Part shown: one piece after another, positions 1 to 11,969 of the stretch
Layout of the letters: each line of letters starts with the position of its first letter
Position numbering within the stretch: position 1 is the first letter of the stretch
DNA from: an uncultured Verrucomicrobiae bacterium
Lineage (GTDB): Bacteria; Verrucomicrobiota; Verrucomicrobiia; Chthoniobacterales; JAFAMB01
Reading direction: 5' to 3'
DNA length: 64,000 nucleotides
Assembly (NCBI GenBank): GCA_963762565.1
Contig: CAVXLD010000001.1
Coordinates: 1,376,001 to 1,440,000, forward strand
Program-made: the position numbers and the translations under genes
The notes under the pieces: model-generated
What the model was told of the DNA's origin: nothing
The model's input: the letters and a program-made list of their open reading frames with translations, nothing else
Databases searched by the model: none

Positions 1-1491
<1,491 letters not shown>

Positions 1492-1504
1492 TTAATGTTC
1501 GTTG

Positions 1505-1798
1505 TTATCCAAGGATGCCAAGGATGTCGTCCTCGCGCATAATTAGATAGTTATCGCCGTCGATCTTGATTTCGGTGCCGCCATACTTGGAGATCAGCAC
1601 CTTGTCGCCGACTTTGACGTTGAATTCGACTTTCTTCCCGTTGTCGTCGAGTTTCCCCGTTCCGAGAGCGACCACTGTTCCTTCCTGCGGCTTCTCTTTT
1701 GCCGTGTCAGGAATAATGATGCCTCCTTTTTTTAATTCCTTCTCTTCGAGCGGCTGCACTAACACCCGATCGCCGAGCGGTTTTACGTTAATTGCCAT
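1505..1798 (-). CDS. groES: Co-chaperonin GroES
   Basis: [33 protein letters not shown] motifs; AGAAGGA RBS upstream; directly precedes groEL. Confidence 0.98.
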   Translation of the reverse strand: MAINVKPLGDRVLVQPLEEKELKKGGIIIPDTAKEKPQEGTVVALGTGKLDDNGKKVEFNVKVGDKVLISKYGGTEIKIDGDNYLIMREDDILGILG

Positions 1799-1901
1799 AA
1801 ACTAATTTATCCTTCTTTTGCTTTGCGGTTTATGATGCACCGGTTGAGCTGCAGCGAAGGATGGGATGCAGGCTCAACCGGAAACACTTCAAAAGTTAGC
1901 G

Positions 1902-3932
<2,031 letters not shown>

Positions 3933-4159
3933 TTACATTTAATTACGTTTAATCCGAGCGCCTGATTCTGCGTCATCTTGGCGCGCGTGGCACACTGGGG
4001 TGCGCCAAAAATGCTTTACACAGCAAGGCCGCAAAGGCCGCAAAGAAATGATTATGGAGAATTTAAAACCGACCGTCCTGGTTTGCGGCGAAATTCCAGC
4101 GGTCGCTTGATTTACCCCACTTCAGGCGGCACTCTCGTCAAAACGGAACACTGGCGCCG

Positions 4160-4696
4160 ATGACCGACCCTGCACCACGAGACACTCCTAATCCGCTTGA
4201 AAACCCAGGACAAATCGAGCGTGAAGGGTTGGAAATAACAGAACGAGACATTGTTTTTGAATGTCCGCACTGTCAGGGAGAGCTGGTTGTCGACTTGGAA
4301 GGGGCCGGGTTGTCCTTCCCCTGCGTGCATTGCGGGCAAACGGTCACGGTGCCGGAATATCACGGGCCATCGCTGCACTTTTTGGAAGCAGCTACGTCGA
4401 AATTGACCGAGGCATTACGGAACGCCCGGAAAGGATCGCCTAGAAAATTCGATCTCAATAATCGGGCGCCAGCCGAGTTGGCCGCCCGTCAGACCGAGCT
4501 TGAACAGCAGAGCCAGGAAATTCAGGCGCAATCGGCGGAACTGAGAGGTCAGGTGAACCACGCCTTAATCCAGCTCCATCGTTATCAACTGAAGCTGGAA
4601 ATGCTAACCGAAAGCCAATCCGAGCTGGAGACGGAACTCAAGGCGATCGCAGAGCAACTCTCGCCCGAGGCTCCGCAGGTGAGAAGTGAGAAGTGA
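4160..4696 (+). CDS. Hypothetical zinc-ribbon plus coiled-coil protein
   Basis: CPHC...CVHC pair in the N-terminal part, followed by an L/E/Q heptad-rich helix. Confidence 0.8.
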   Translation: MTDPAPRDTPNPLENPGQIEREGLEITERDIVFECPHCQGELVVDLEGAGLSFPCVHCGQTVTVPEYHGPSLHFLEAATSKLTEALRNARKGSPRKFDLNNRAPAELAARQTELEQQSQEIQAQSAELRGQVNHALIQLHRYQLKLEMLTESQSELETELKAIAEQLSPEAPQVRSEK

Positions 4697-4876
4697 TTGG
4701 CGAGAAATGAGAGGCTCACAAGGCGCTTCGTTCTCGTCCTCGTCGTCGTCCTCGTCCTCGAATCCGGCCACGCGGAGTGATGGAGTGATGGAGTGATGGA
4801 GTGATGCGAGCTACAGAGCGGAATGCGACGTCCCTGCTCAGGTCCACGGGACGCCGCTCTACCTTTCACTTTTCAC
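4679..4876. repeat. Cluster of tandem micro-repeats: (GAAGTGA)n / CTTTCAC inverse, (TCGTCC/TCGTCG)n, (GGAGTGAT)x4
   Basis: gtgagaagtgagaagtga at about 4679-4696; tcgttctcgtcctcgtcgtcgtcctcgtcctcg at 4728-4760; ggagtgat x4 at 4774-4805; ctttcacttttcac at 4863-4876. Confidence 0.85.
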
Positions 4877-5069
4877 CCTCAGCCTCTCCAACCGGCTACG
4901 CGGGTGCTTTTCGGACTTGGCGAGTGCCTATCGGCGCTTTAAATGGTCCGCACGTATTGCGATTGGATAGATGCGACGCCCGGGGACCTCCTGGCGAACA
5001 TGGCTCCTGACAGCGCTTATTTCAGGTTGCAAGAGCGACTAATCGATACCAAACTCGTAGGCTCGTTTC

Positions 5070-5157
5070 GGATGGGTGCCAGAGCGGTCGATTGGGCACG
5101 CCTGGAAAGCGTGTGTACCGCAAGGTACCGAGGGTTCGAATCCCTCCCCATCCGCCA
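5070..5157 (+). tRNA. tRNA-Ser (anticodon GGA)
   Basis: Acceptor stem GGATGGG/CCCATCC plus G-CCA; anticodon arm CACGC-CTGGAAA-GCGTG; long variable arm GTACC-GCAA-GGTAC; T-loop GGTTCGAATCC. Confidence 0.97.
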
Positions 5158-5235
5158 GATCCGGTGGTAATCGTTCTCGTCGTCGGCCTCGTACTCGACT
5201 TCAAAGAGCTACCCAACTCGCGGGGAGTCGTCCTC

Positions 5236-6471
5236 TCAACCGGACTCCGCTATCCGCTCCATCAGATACTGCCGAAGCGCGGGGTCTTCGGTCAAGCCGA
5301 TGGCTCGCTGCCAAGCATTGCGCGCCTCGGCGTCGTTTCCCAGCGAATGCAGGAGAAAAGCGCGTGCGGCCCAGTAAGGCTGATAACTGCCTATACGATC
5401 CGGTGAGATTTCAGCGAGGGCAGTAAGACCCGCTCCAGGATCACCCGCCTGCGCTAGGGCGACCGCTCTACCGACTAGTGAACCGATTCCGGGGGCGACT
5501 CGGACTAATCCTTCGTAAAGCAATGCGATCGCTTGCCAGTCGGTTTCGCCGGTCACTGCCCGCTGGGCGTGCACCGACTGTATGGCAGCCTCCAGTTGAA
5601 ACCGTCCCATCCGGCTAAAGCCAGCAGCAACGCTCAAATGCTCTTCTGCTTCCGAAATGAGAGGTCGCGACCACTTATCTGTGTCCTGCTTATCGAGCGG
5701 AATAAAGTGGCCCTCCTCGCCACGCCTGGCGTGTCGGTGCGCCTGGCAATGCAACATCAAGGCGAGTAGGCCATGCGGTTCTGGTTCGGATGGCATCAAG
5801 CTCACCATCACTCGTCCTAAAACGATCGCTTCTTCCGCCAGAGCTCCGTCGCTAGATATTGCGTCGGATGGGTTTTCCCAACCCGTAGTGTAGGCGGCAT
5901 AGATCGCATCCAGGACAAACGTGAGCCTTTCACCCCATTCTTGCGGTTCCGGAACCCGAAAAGGAATGGCGGCGTCGCGTATTTTAGTTTTGGCACGGAC
6001 TAGCCGCTGACTCATTGCCTTCGGCGAGACTAGAAACGCGGAGGCAATCCGGGCCGCATCGATACCAAGGACGGTCTGTAACATCAAAGGAGTCCGCGCA
6101 ACGACGTCAATGGACGGGTGGGCGCAGACGAACATCAGCTTGAGGCGTTCATCTGGGAAAGAATCATGGTTTATGGCCATCGTTTGAGCCTCCTCGGCGA
6201 TTTGTTGGAGCGGTTCGGCCGAACGTAACCGAACTTTTTCATGGCGAGCGTTATCGATGATCCGGTTCCGCGCAGCTCGGAGAAGCCACGCCTCGGGTTT
6301 ATCCGGGACTCCATCCACCGGCCAGCGCTGCAAGGCGGCCACAAAAGCGTCGCTCAAAGCGTCTTCCGCGCCGGCTACGTCACCAGAGCGCGCCGCCAGA
6401 TAAGCGATGATCTGACCGTACGACTGCCGGAGGACGTTTTCGATAGCGGAGTGCGTAGTGGCTGCGTTCAT
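5236..6471 (-). CDS. ECF sigma factor with C-terminal TPR-like extension (ECF42-type)
   Basis: Region 2 (AEDALSDAF..ALQRWP..PEAWL..ARNR), region 4 (IASAFLVSPKAMSQRLVRAK), DERLKLMFVCAHP, GRFQLEAAIQSVH and YQPYWAARA; start taken as ATG 6471; lies downstream of a DGPF gene. Confidence 0.9.
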   Translation of the reverse strand: MNAATTHSAIENVLRQSYGQIIAYLAARSGDVAGAEDALSDAFVAALQRWPVDGVPDKPEAWLLRAARNRIIDNARHEKVRLRSAEPLQQIAEEAQTMAINHDSFPDERLKLMFVCAHPSIDVVARTPLMLQTVLGIDAARIASAFLVSPKAMSQRLVRAKTKIRDAAIPFRVPEPQEWGERLTFVLDAIYAAYTTGWENPSDAISSDGALAEEAIVLGRVMVSLMPSEPEPHGLLALMLHCQAHRHARRGEEGHFIPLDKQDTDKWSRPLISEAEEHLSVAAGFSRMGRFQLEAAIQSVHAQRAVTGETDWQAIALLYEGLVRVAPGIGSLVGRAVALAQAGDPGAGLTALAEISPDRIGSYQPYWAARAFLLHSLGNDAEARNAWQRAIGLTEDPALRQYLMERIAESG

Positions 6472-6534
6472 CGCGAGAAGCCTGCCGACCGGCCAATGTC
6501 CTACGGCCCTGGGGGTTTGGAGACACAACGTACA

Positions 6535-6924
6535 TCAGCACTGGGCAAGGCGAAAAGAGCGCCCTATCTGCCGCCTGGTGCTAAAACCCCCCGCACTTCG
6601 ACCGTGCCGTGCATCGCCCACGGGCAACGCCCCGCCCCAATCTACCGCTGTCTCCATGTTCGGCACTTCAACTAGAAAGAAGCCGGCCAGCGATTCTTTG
6701 GCCTCGGCGTAAGGGCCATCTTCTACCTGGTTTTTACCTTCCCGGATACGGACAATTTTGCCATTCTCCGGAACTTCCAGGCCGGCACCAGAGACCATGA
6801 TACCGGAGTCTTGAATTGCCTTTACATAGGCCATGAACTCGCCCCAGAAAACCGGCCCCTTTACCGGATCGGTGCGCAGATCAAAATCAGCTTTAGAGCC
6901 GTGGAATATCAGCATGTATTTCAT
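6535..6924 (-). CDS. YCII/DGPF-domain protein with an apparent +1 frameshift near 6635-6638
   Basis: MKYML...DGPYAEAKESLAGFFLVEV motif; the family-typical ending (AGRCPWAMHGTVEVR, stop at 6564) lies in another frame. Confidence 0.85.
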   Translation of the reverse strand: MKYMLIFHGSKADFDLRTDPVKGPVFWGEFMAYVKAIQDSGIMVSGAGLEVPENGKIVRIREGKNQVEDGPYAEAKESLAGFFLVEVPNMETAVDWGGALPVGDARHGRSAGGFSTRRQIGRSFRLAQC

Positions 6925-6974
6925 AGCAAGAAGATCAGTTTCGAACCGGCCAACAGAACCAGCTCCACAATGCT

Positions 6975-7002
6975 GACGTCTTACGGGTAACCGATTTCGA
7001 CA
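6975..7002 (-). promoter_or_regulatory. Putative ECF42-type promoter TGTCGA-N18-CGTC
   Basis: Minus strand TGTCGAaatcggttacccgtaagaCGTC, about 50 nt upstream of the DGPF gene ATG; matches the TGTCGA / CGWC boxes known for ECF42. Confidence 0.65.
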
Positions 7003-7103
7003 CGGTACCTCGAAAAATTCAGCGCCTTTTCTTGCTATGCCCAGGATCTCCGCTCTCTAGTGAGCCCTTTCCGCTCCCAGGCTCCCAGCTCCTTTGCGTT
7101 TCC

Positions 7104-8192
7104 TCAGATCGCATTTCCCGCCGAATCGAACAGATGCACGTTTCCTAAGTCGAAATCGAAACCAACCGAGTCAGCGTGGCGAAGGTCGTTAAATCCTCGT
7201 AAGGCAATAGTCAGCCGGTTATTGGCCGGGGTGAGACCGTGGACGTAGGTTGATTCTCCCAGCGCTTCGACGACTTCGATTGTCAGCAGGCCTTTTCCTG
7301 AGGCCTGCGGCACCACCTTTAGATGTTCCGGCCGAATACCCAAGGTAGCCTCAGATCCTGGTGCAACCTGAACCTCACCGCTCAATGGCACCGATAAAGT
7401 GCCCCCGAGGAAATCGTCGCTTTCCAAAGTGATTTCACCTAACCGGTTCTCCACGACCTTCACCTTAAGAAAATTCATTCTGGGCGCTCCGATAAAGCCG
7501 GCTACAAAAAGGTTGACCGGACGCGAGTAAAGATCCCGTGGTGATCCGATCTGTTCGACACTGCCGTCATTTAAGACGACAATTTTCTCCGCTAAGGTCA
7601 TGGCTTCGACCTGATCATGGGTAACGTAAATCATGGTGGTTTGCAGACCACTATGCAGCTTCGAAAGCTCGATTCGCATCTGGACGCGCAACTCGGCGTC
7701 TAAGTTGGATAACGGTTCGTCGAACAGGAAAATCTCCGGTTCCCTCACAATCGCCCTCCCGATTGCGACGCGCTGCTTTTGCCCGCCGGAGAGTTCTTTA
7801 GGTCGTCGTTTCAGATAAGGTGTCAACTGAAGGATGTCTGCAGCCCTGGCGACCCGCTCTCGAATTTCTTGCTTTGGGCGACCGGCCATTCGTAAACCGA
7901 AGCCCATATTGTCTGCGACCGACATATGGGGGTACAGCGCGTAGGACTGGAAGACCATGGCGACGCCTCGCTTTGCCGGGTCGACTTCGTTCATCAGCTG
8001 GCCGCCAATGTAAACCTCGCCCTCGTTTACCTCCTCGAGACCAGCGATGATCCTCAACAGGGTCGATTTACCACAACCGGAAGGACCTACCAAAACGACG
8101 AATTCGCCGTCGGCGACTTCCAGATCGACACTGTGGATAACCTCCGTCTTACCGTAACACTTGATGATTTTCGAGAGGGTGAGACTGGCCAT
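7104..8192 (-). CDS. Sugar ABC transporter ATP-binding protein (MalK/UgpC family)
   Basis: Walker A GPSGCGKST, signature LSGGQKQR, FLFDEPLSNLDA, YVTHDQVEA and a C-terminal TOBE-like GIRPEHL. Confidence 0.95.
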   Translation of the reverse strand: MASLTLSKIIKCYGKTEVIHSVDLEVADGEFVVLVGPSGCGKSTLLRIIAGLEEVNEGEVYIGGQLMNEVDPAKRGVAMVFQSYALYPHMSVADNMGFGLRMAGRPKQEIRERVARAADILQLTPYLKRRPKELSGGQKQRVAIGRAIVREPEIFLFDEPLSNLDAELRVQMRIELSKLHSGLQTTMIYVTHDQVEAMTLAEKIVVLNDGSVEQIGSPRDLYSRPVNLFVAGFIGAPRMNFLKVKVVENRLGEITLESDDFLGGTLSVPLSGEVQVAPGSEATLGIRPEHLKVVPQASGKGLLTIEVVEALGESTYVHGLTPANNRLTIALRGFNDLRHADSVGFDFDLGNVHLFDSAGNAI

Positions 8193-8262
8193 GAGCTTTT
8201 AAGTAAAATCCTGAAAAAGTGCAATTTCAGGTAACAGAGAGGTTCGAGGAGTTCAAGGAGCT

Positions 8263-8349
8263 GGTAGGGCGAGGCTCCCGAAATACCGAACGGTGTCAAC
8301 AAGGTGCCCCATTTTTGTTGAATTGACCCGTCCGGAGCCTCGCCCTATC
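8263..8349. repeat. Palindromic element family A, short copy (terminal boxes only)
   Basis: GGTAGGGCGAGGCTCCCGAA ... TCCGGAGCCTCGCCCTATC; wrapped by gaggagttc / gaactcctc micro-repeats. Confidence 0.85.
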
Positions 8350-8628
8350 GAACTCCTCGAAAACTATTTTCGAAACTTCCGTACGTTTCTTGGGTTACGT
8401 CGTGTGAAGTAACGTGTGTGAGAGCGACTGCGAATTCGCCCGGGAGCGGCGAGTGAAGTGATCGCTGGGAACGCGAACGACTTCGACACAATCTGCTTCG
8501 CCCGAACCTGGGTTTTTGGCGGCCGCAGGTTATCTCTGGTTGGTTGATTGGGTGCAATATCACCTCTTGTCGACCGATCGGAGAAAAAGCAAACGTGGGA
8601 AAAACCTTAACAACTGTTTATCAACATC

Positions 8629-8820
8629 ATGAACAAAGTTATTCTTCTGCTCACGGCGGTGTTGGGCCTCAGCGTTGCAGCATTTGCAGCCGATCCTACA
8701 CCAGCCCCTTCTGCTAGCGCTGAAGCTTCTGCTACTGCCAAGAAGCATCACGCCACGCATCACCACACCCATCACGCGAAAGCTTCTGCTAGCGCCAGCG
8801 CCAGCGCTACCCCGCAGTAG
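8629..8820 (+). CDS. Small secreted Ala/Ser/His-rich protein (Asr acid-shock-like)
   Basis: Signal peptide MNKVILLLTAVLGLSVAAFA, mature ADPTPAP...KKHHATHHHTHHAK; followed by its own intrinsic terminator. Confidence 0.8.
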   Translation: MNKVILLLTAVLGLSVAAFAADPTPAPSASAEASATAKKHHATHHHTHHAKASASASASATPQ

Positions 8821-8850
8821 TTTTCCGGCTGGGAAAACGGTCTAACTTTA

Positions 8851-8883
8851 AAGACCCGCAGTAACCTGCGGGTCTTATTTTTT
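8851..8883 (+). terminator. Intrinsic terminator
   Basis: Perfect 11-bp stem AAGACCCGCAG-taac-CTGCGGGTCTT followed by ATTTTTT. Confidence 0.9.
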
Positions 8884-8920
8884 GGGAGGGGCGGGGCCGC
8901 CAGGCCGAATCGTCCTCGTC

Positions 8921-9883
8921 CTACCCCCCAGCTGCGAGCTCAGAGAAATACAGTTTCTGGTTGCCGACGTCGATAATGCCGTGGTGTTGGAAAAAGAAAT
9001 CGGCGCCGAGTAAACCGCCAAACTGGTATCGAAGATCTTCTGGTCCAGGCGGCAACGCCGTAATTCCGACCACAGTCGTTCCAAGGCTATATTTACCGAT
9101 ACTCATCTGAGGAGCGATTCCTGCCCAGACCGCTCTCGTTTTGGAATGGATCCCCTTAGCGTTGACGCCGGTATGAATGATCGGGATGCCGGCTGCCGTA
9201 GCGACTTCAACAGGCAGCAGGGTGGTAAAACCACCCGTATCAACCACAAAACTGTAACGCTTTCCGTTTAAGCTTCCTTCGATCTCAAGCGCTCCTGAGC
9301 GAGCGATGCGCATGGGAATCGATTTGAGATGGCGTTTCCGGATATCCAACTGCACACCGGCTAATTCAGACGGGGACGAGCCCATCTGCATGTAGATGCG
9401 TTGCTGGGCACAGTCGATAATCGCTTTGTAGCGTTCCAGGATGTCCAGTCCCAGGATGCCATCCATTGGTACGGCCGTACCATCCGTACGAAGCCTGGCG
9501 CGGAAAGACGTTAGATCGATCAGCGCAACCGGCCCCGAACCAAGGCTTTGCGTACCCAGCCTCAAATTTTGCAGATTTGCAACCGGTACGACCCGGTCGT
9601 TGACCTCGATCTGGTTCGGCAGCTCAACGGTTTTGCCCAGGGCAGCCAGACCGAGCTGCTGTGCTTTCTTCTTGTCGACAATGGTCAGTGCCGCGCCAGT
9701 ATCTACGGCAAACCAGGCCGGCTTTCGGTTGACAAGTACCGGCGCAAAAAGATGATTCCCGGTAGTGCGACTCAACACGACTCCGTCCGTTGACTCGTTG
9801 GCCTTTGCGCACGGAAGTGCTATAAGGGAAAAATATAGGACCCCGAAAACCGGTGTGCGGAGTGAAGAAAAGGTTCGCTGCAT
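8921..9883 (-). CDS. Secreted two-domain retropepsin-like aspartyl protease
   Basis: Signal-like N-terminus; two D-T-G motifs (FAVDTGA, FVVDTGG), each followed by a G-I/L-L-G motif (DGILGLD, GGLLGAD). Confidence 0.85.
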   Translation of the reverse strand: MQRTFSSLRTPVFGVLYFSLIALPCAKANESTDGVVLSRTTGNHLFAPVLVNRKPAWFAVDTGAALTIVDKKKAQQLGLAALGKTVELPNQIEVNDRVVPVANLQNLRLGTQSLGSGPVALIDLTSFRARLRTDGTAVPMDGILGLDILERYKAIIDCAQQRIYMQMGSSPSELAGVQLDIRKRHLKSIPMRIARSGALEIEGSLNGKRYSFVVDTGGFTTLLPVEVATAAGIPIIHTGVNAKGIHSKTRAVWAGIAPQMSIGKYSLGTTVVGITALPPGPEDLRYQFGGLLGADFFFQHHGIIDVGNQKLYFSELAAGG

Positions 9884-9894
9884 GGCGGAAAATT

Positions 9895-10656
9895 ATGAAG
9901 CATACACGATCCGGTACGTTTTGGTGGCGAATTTTTATTCTGGCGGCTCTCTGCTTGTTCTCGAGTAAGCCTTTGCGAGGCCAGACGGCTAACGGCTGGG
10001 GCGAGATATGGCAACAGCGAATGAGCATCGGCCAAGCTCGCTTAGACGAGGCATTCAAGCTCGCTGAATCCGGCAAACCAAATGAGGCGCTCGCTCGGAT
10101 CGACTCGATTATTGCCTCAAATCCTGACAACTGGCGGGCTCATTTTTTGAAGGCTGCCGTTTTAGTTTTGGTGAAGCGTCAGGATGATGCTCTTCAGCAA
10201 ATCGATGAGAGCATAAAACTGGCTCGCAAGAGCAATGTGAACCAAGCCTTGCTCGGGCAGCTTTACAGTAGCAAAGCTCGCACGTGTATCGACGCTCATC
10301 GGTACGAGGACGCGAGGCGAGCTTTGGAAACTGCGATTCACATTGATCCAAGTGATACCACCAGTTTGAATGACCTGGCTTGGCTGTTGGCGACAGCTCC
10401 GGAACCTCGTGTCCGCAATCCTCACAGGGCGGTGTCGCTAGCCCAGAAATGTTGCGGCTTAAACCATTGGACCAATGCTTACTCGATCGATACCCTGGCT
10501 GCCGCCTACGCGGCCGCCGGGAATTTCGGACAAGCGGTTCGCTACCAGCAGCTAGCCATGCAGGCTTTGGACAAGTCGGAACGAGCCGAACAGATAGGAG
10601 GCATGCAGGATCGGCTAAAATTGTATTCCAATCACCAGACTTACCAAGGTGATTGA
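9895..10656 (+). CDS. Exported TPR-repeat protein
   Basis: Signal-like N-terminus, TPR helices, LNDLAWLLAT...DTLAAAYAAAGNF motif; start taken as ATG 9895. Confidence 0.85.
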   Translation: MKHTRSGTFWWRIFILAALCLFSSKPLRGQTANGWGEIWQQRMSIGQARLDEAFKLAESGKPNEALARIDSIIASNPDNWRAHFLKAAVLVLVKRQDDALQQIDESIKLARKSNVNQALLGQLYSSKARTCIDAHRYEDARRALETAIHIDPSDTTSLNDLAWLLATAPEPRVRNPHRAVSLAQKCCGLNHWTNAYSIDTLAAAYAAAGNFGQAVRYQQLAMQALDKSERAEQIGGMQDRLKLYSNHQTYQGD

Positions 10657-10667
10657 GACACAAGCTC

Positions 10668-10802
10668 TAAGTTCCAAGTTCCAAGTTCTAAGTTTTAAGT
10701 TTAAGGTTGCTGGTTTTATGTTTCACCGGGCATCTCGCCGGAGCGCCTCCCCCGCGTCAGGCCAACAACTTAAAACTTGAAACCTATAGCTTAAAACTTA
10801 GA
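10668..10802. repeat. Inverted pair of heptamer tandem repeats (AAGTTYY)n / (RAAACTT)n
   Basis: aagttcc aagttcc aagttct aagtttt ... aacttaaaacttgaaac...ttaaaactta. Confidence 0.8.
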
Positions 10803-10814
10803 ACCCTCTCTCTT

Positions 10815-11795
10815 ATGAGCAATGTTCTCCCCGTTCTCGTCGGCGGCGAAGCCTTGTACGATTTGATTTCGGCGGATCCCGGCGCCGGGCTCGGCGGGAC
10901 GAAAACTTTTCAGAAGAGGCCGGGCGGCTCCCCGTTTAACATCGCGGTTGGAATTCGTCGTTTAGACACGCCAGCGGCGTTCGTAGGAAAGGTCGGCGAC
11001 GATCAATTTGGCGAGGCGTTGGTCGATTTCTTGAAGAATGAAGGGATCGAAGTTGACCTGATCGTCCGGGAACCGGGTACAAAGACCACGTTGGCATTTG
11101 TGGCCGTGGATGCGGCCGGCAAGGTCGATTTTCGGTTTTACCGTGACAATGCTGCGGATCCATCTCTTCGGACGGCCGAGCTCAAACCAATCGATCCGAA
11201 GCGTTACTCGTTTTATCATTGCGGCGGTATCGTGCTCGCCCAGGAACCTACCGCGTCAGCCTATCTATCGGTGGTCGATCGGTTCACCGCGCAGGGAGTT
11301 CCGGTATCGCTTGATCCGACGATTCGTAAGTCGCTGATTTCAGATGAGGCCACCTACCTCACCCGGTTGTTGCGCCTGGCCGAAAAGGTCGCCGTGCTGA
11401 AGGTCAGCGATGAAGAACTCGCTTTTTTAACTCGGGTCGACGATCCGGATGAAGCTGTGCCGTTGCTCCGGGTACCGGTCGGCTCTCTGGTCATCGTCAC
11501 ACGCGGTGCAGACGGGGCTGCTATTTATCGCGATGGCGAGAAATTGGTCGGTGTGCCCAGCTTCCCGGTTAAAGTGGTCGAGACCACCGGCTGCGGAGAC
11601 TGTTTCATGGCGGCAATCCTGGCTCAACTGGCAGGCAAGACCGCAAAGGAGATCGCGAGTATGACCGCGGAGCAACTACAGCCGATCGCCCGATTTGCTA
11701 ACGCCGCAGCTGCCATCGTCGCTACGCGTTATGGAGCCGCCGATGCGAACCCGACCAGGGCCGAGGTGGAGTCGTTCCTAGCGGAGGCGAGATAG
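10815..11795 (+). CDS. PfkB-family carbohydrate kinase (fructokinase-like)
   Basis: PGGSPFNIAVG, VGKVGDDQFG, KVSDEEL, ETTGCGDCF; start taken as ATG 10815. Confidence 0.93.
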   Translation: MSNVLPVLVGGEALYDLISADPGAGLGGTKTFQKRPGGSPFNIAVGIRRLDTPAAFVGKVGDDQFGEALVDFLKNEGIEVDLIVREPGTKTTLAFVAVDAAGKVDFRFYRDNAADPSLRTAELKPIDPKRYSFYHCGGIVLAQEPTASAYLSVVDRFTAQGVPVSLDPTIRKSLISDEATYLTRLLRLAEKVAVLKVSDEELAFLTRVDDPDEAVPLLRVPVGSLVIVTRGADGAAIYRDGEKLVGVPSFPVKVVETTGCGDCFMAAILAQLAGKTAKEIASMTAEQLQPIARFANAAAAIVATRYGAADANPTRAEVESFLAEAR

Positions 11796-11846
11796 TTTCC
11801 CGAAGAAAAGCCACCAGACATGGTACCGCGCGGGCCTGCGGTGAAA

Positions 11847-11951
11847 GTGGACGCAGTGGACAAAGTGGACCGAGTGAACTCGTCGACGTCAAAGTTCGGG
11901 AAAGCGTTGTCTACTCCGTCTACTTGGTCCACTACGTCCACTTTTGTCTAC
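11847..11951. repeat. Inverted pair of nonamer repeats (GTGGACNNN)n / (GTCYACNNN)n
   Basis: gtggacgca gtggacaaa gtggaccga ... gtctactcc gtctacttg gtccactac gtccac; same family at 55075-55232. Confidence 0.85.
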
Positions 11952-11969
11952 TTGTGGTGCACCCCCAAC

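Noticed and set aside
3988..4010. GTGGCACAC...GTGCGCCAA as a possible CIRCE (HrcA) operator
   Set aside because: Does not fit TTAGCACTC-N9-GAGTGCTAA in spacing or right arm.
5070..7100. tRNA-Ser as the integration site of a genomic island
   Set aside because: No integrase, and I saw no duplicate of the tRNA 3' end elsewhere in the window; downstream genes look native.
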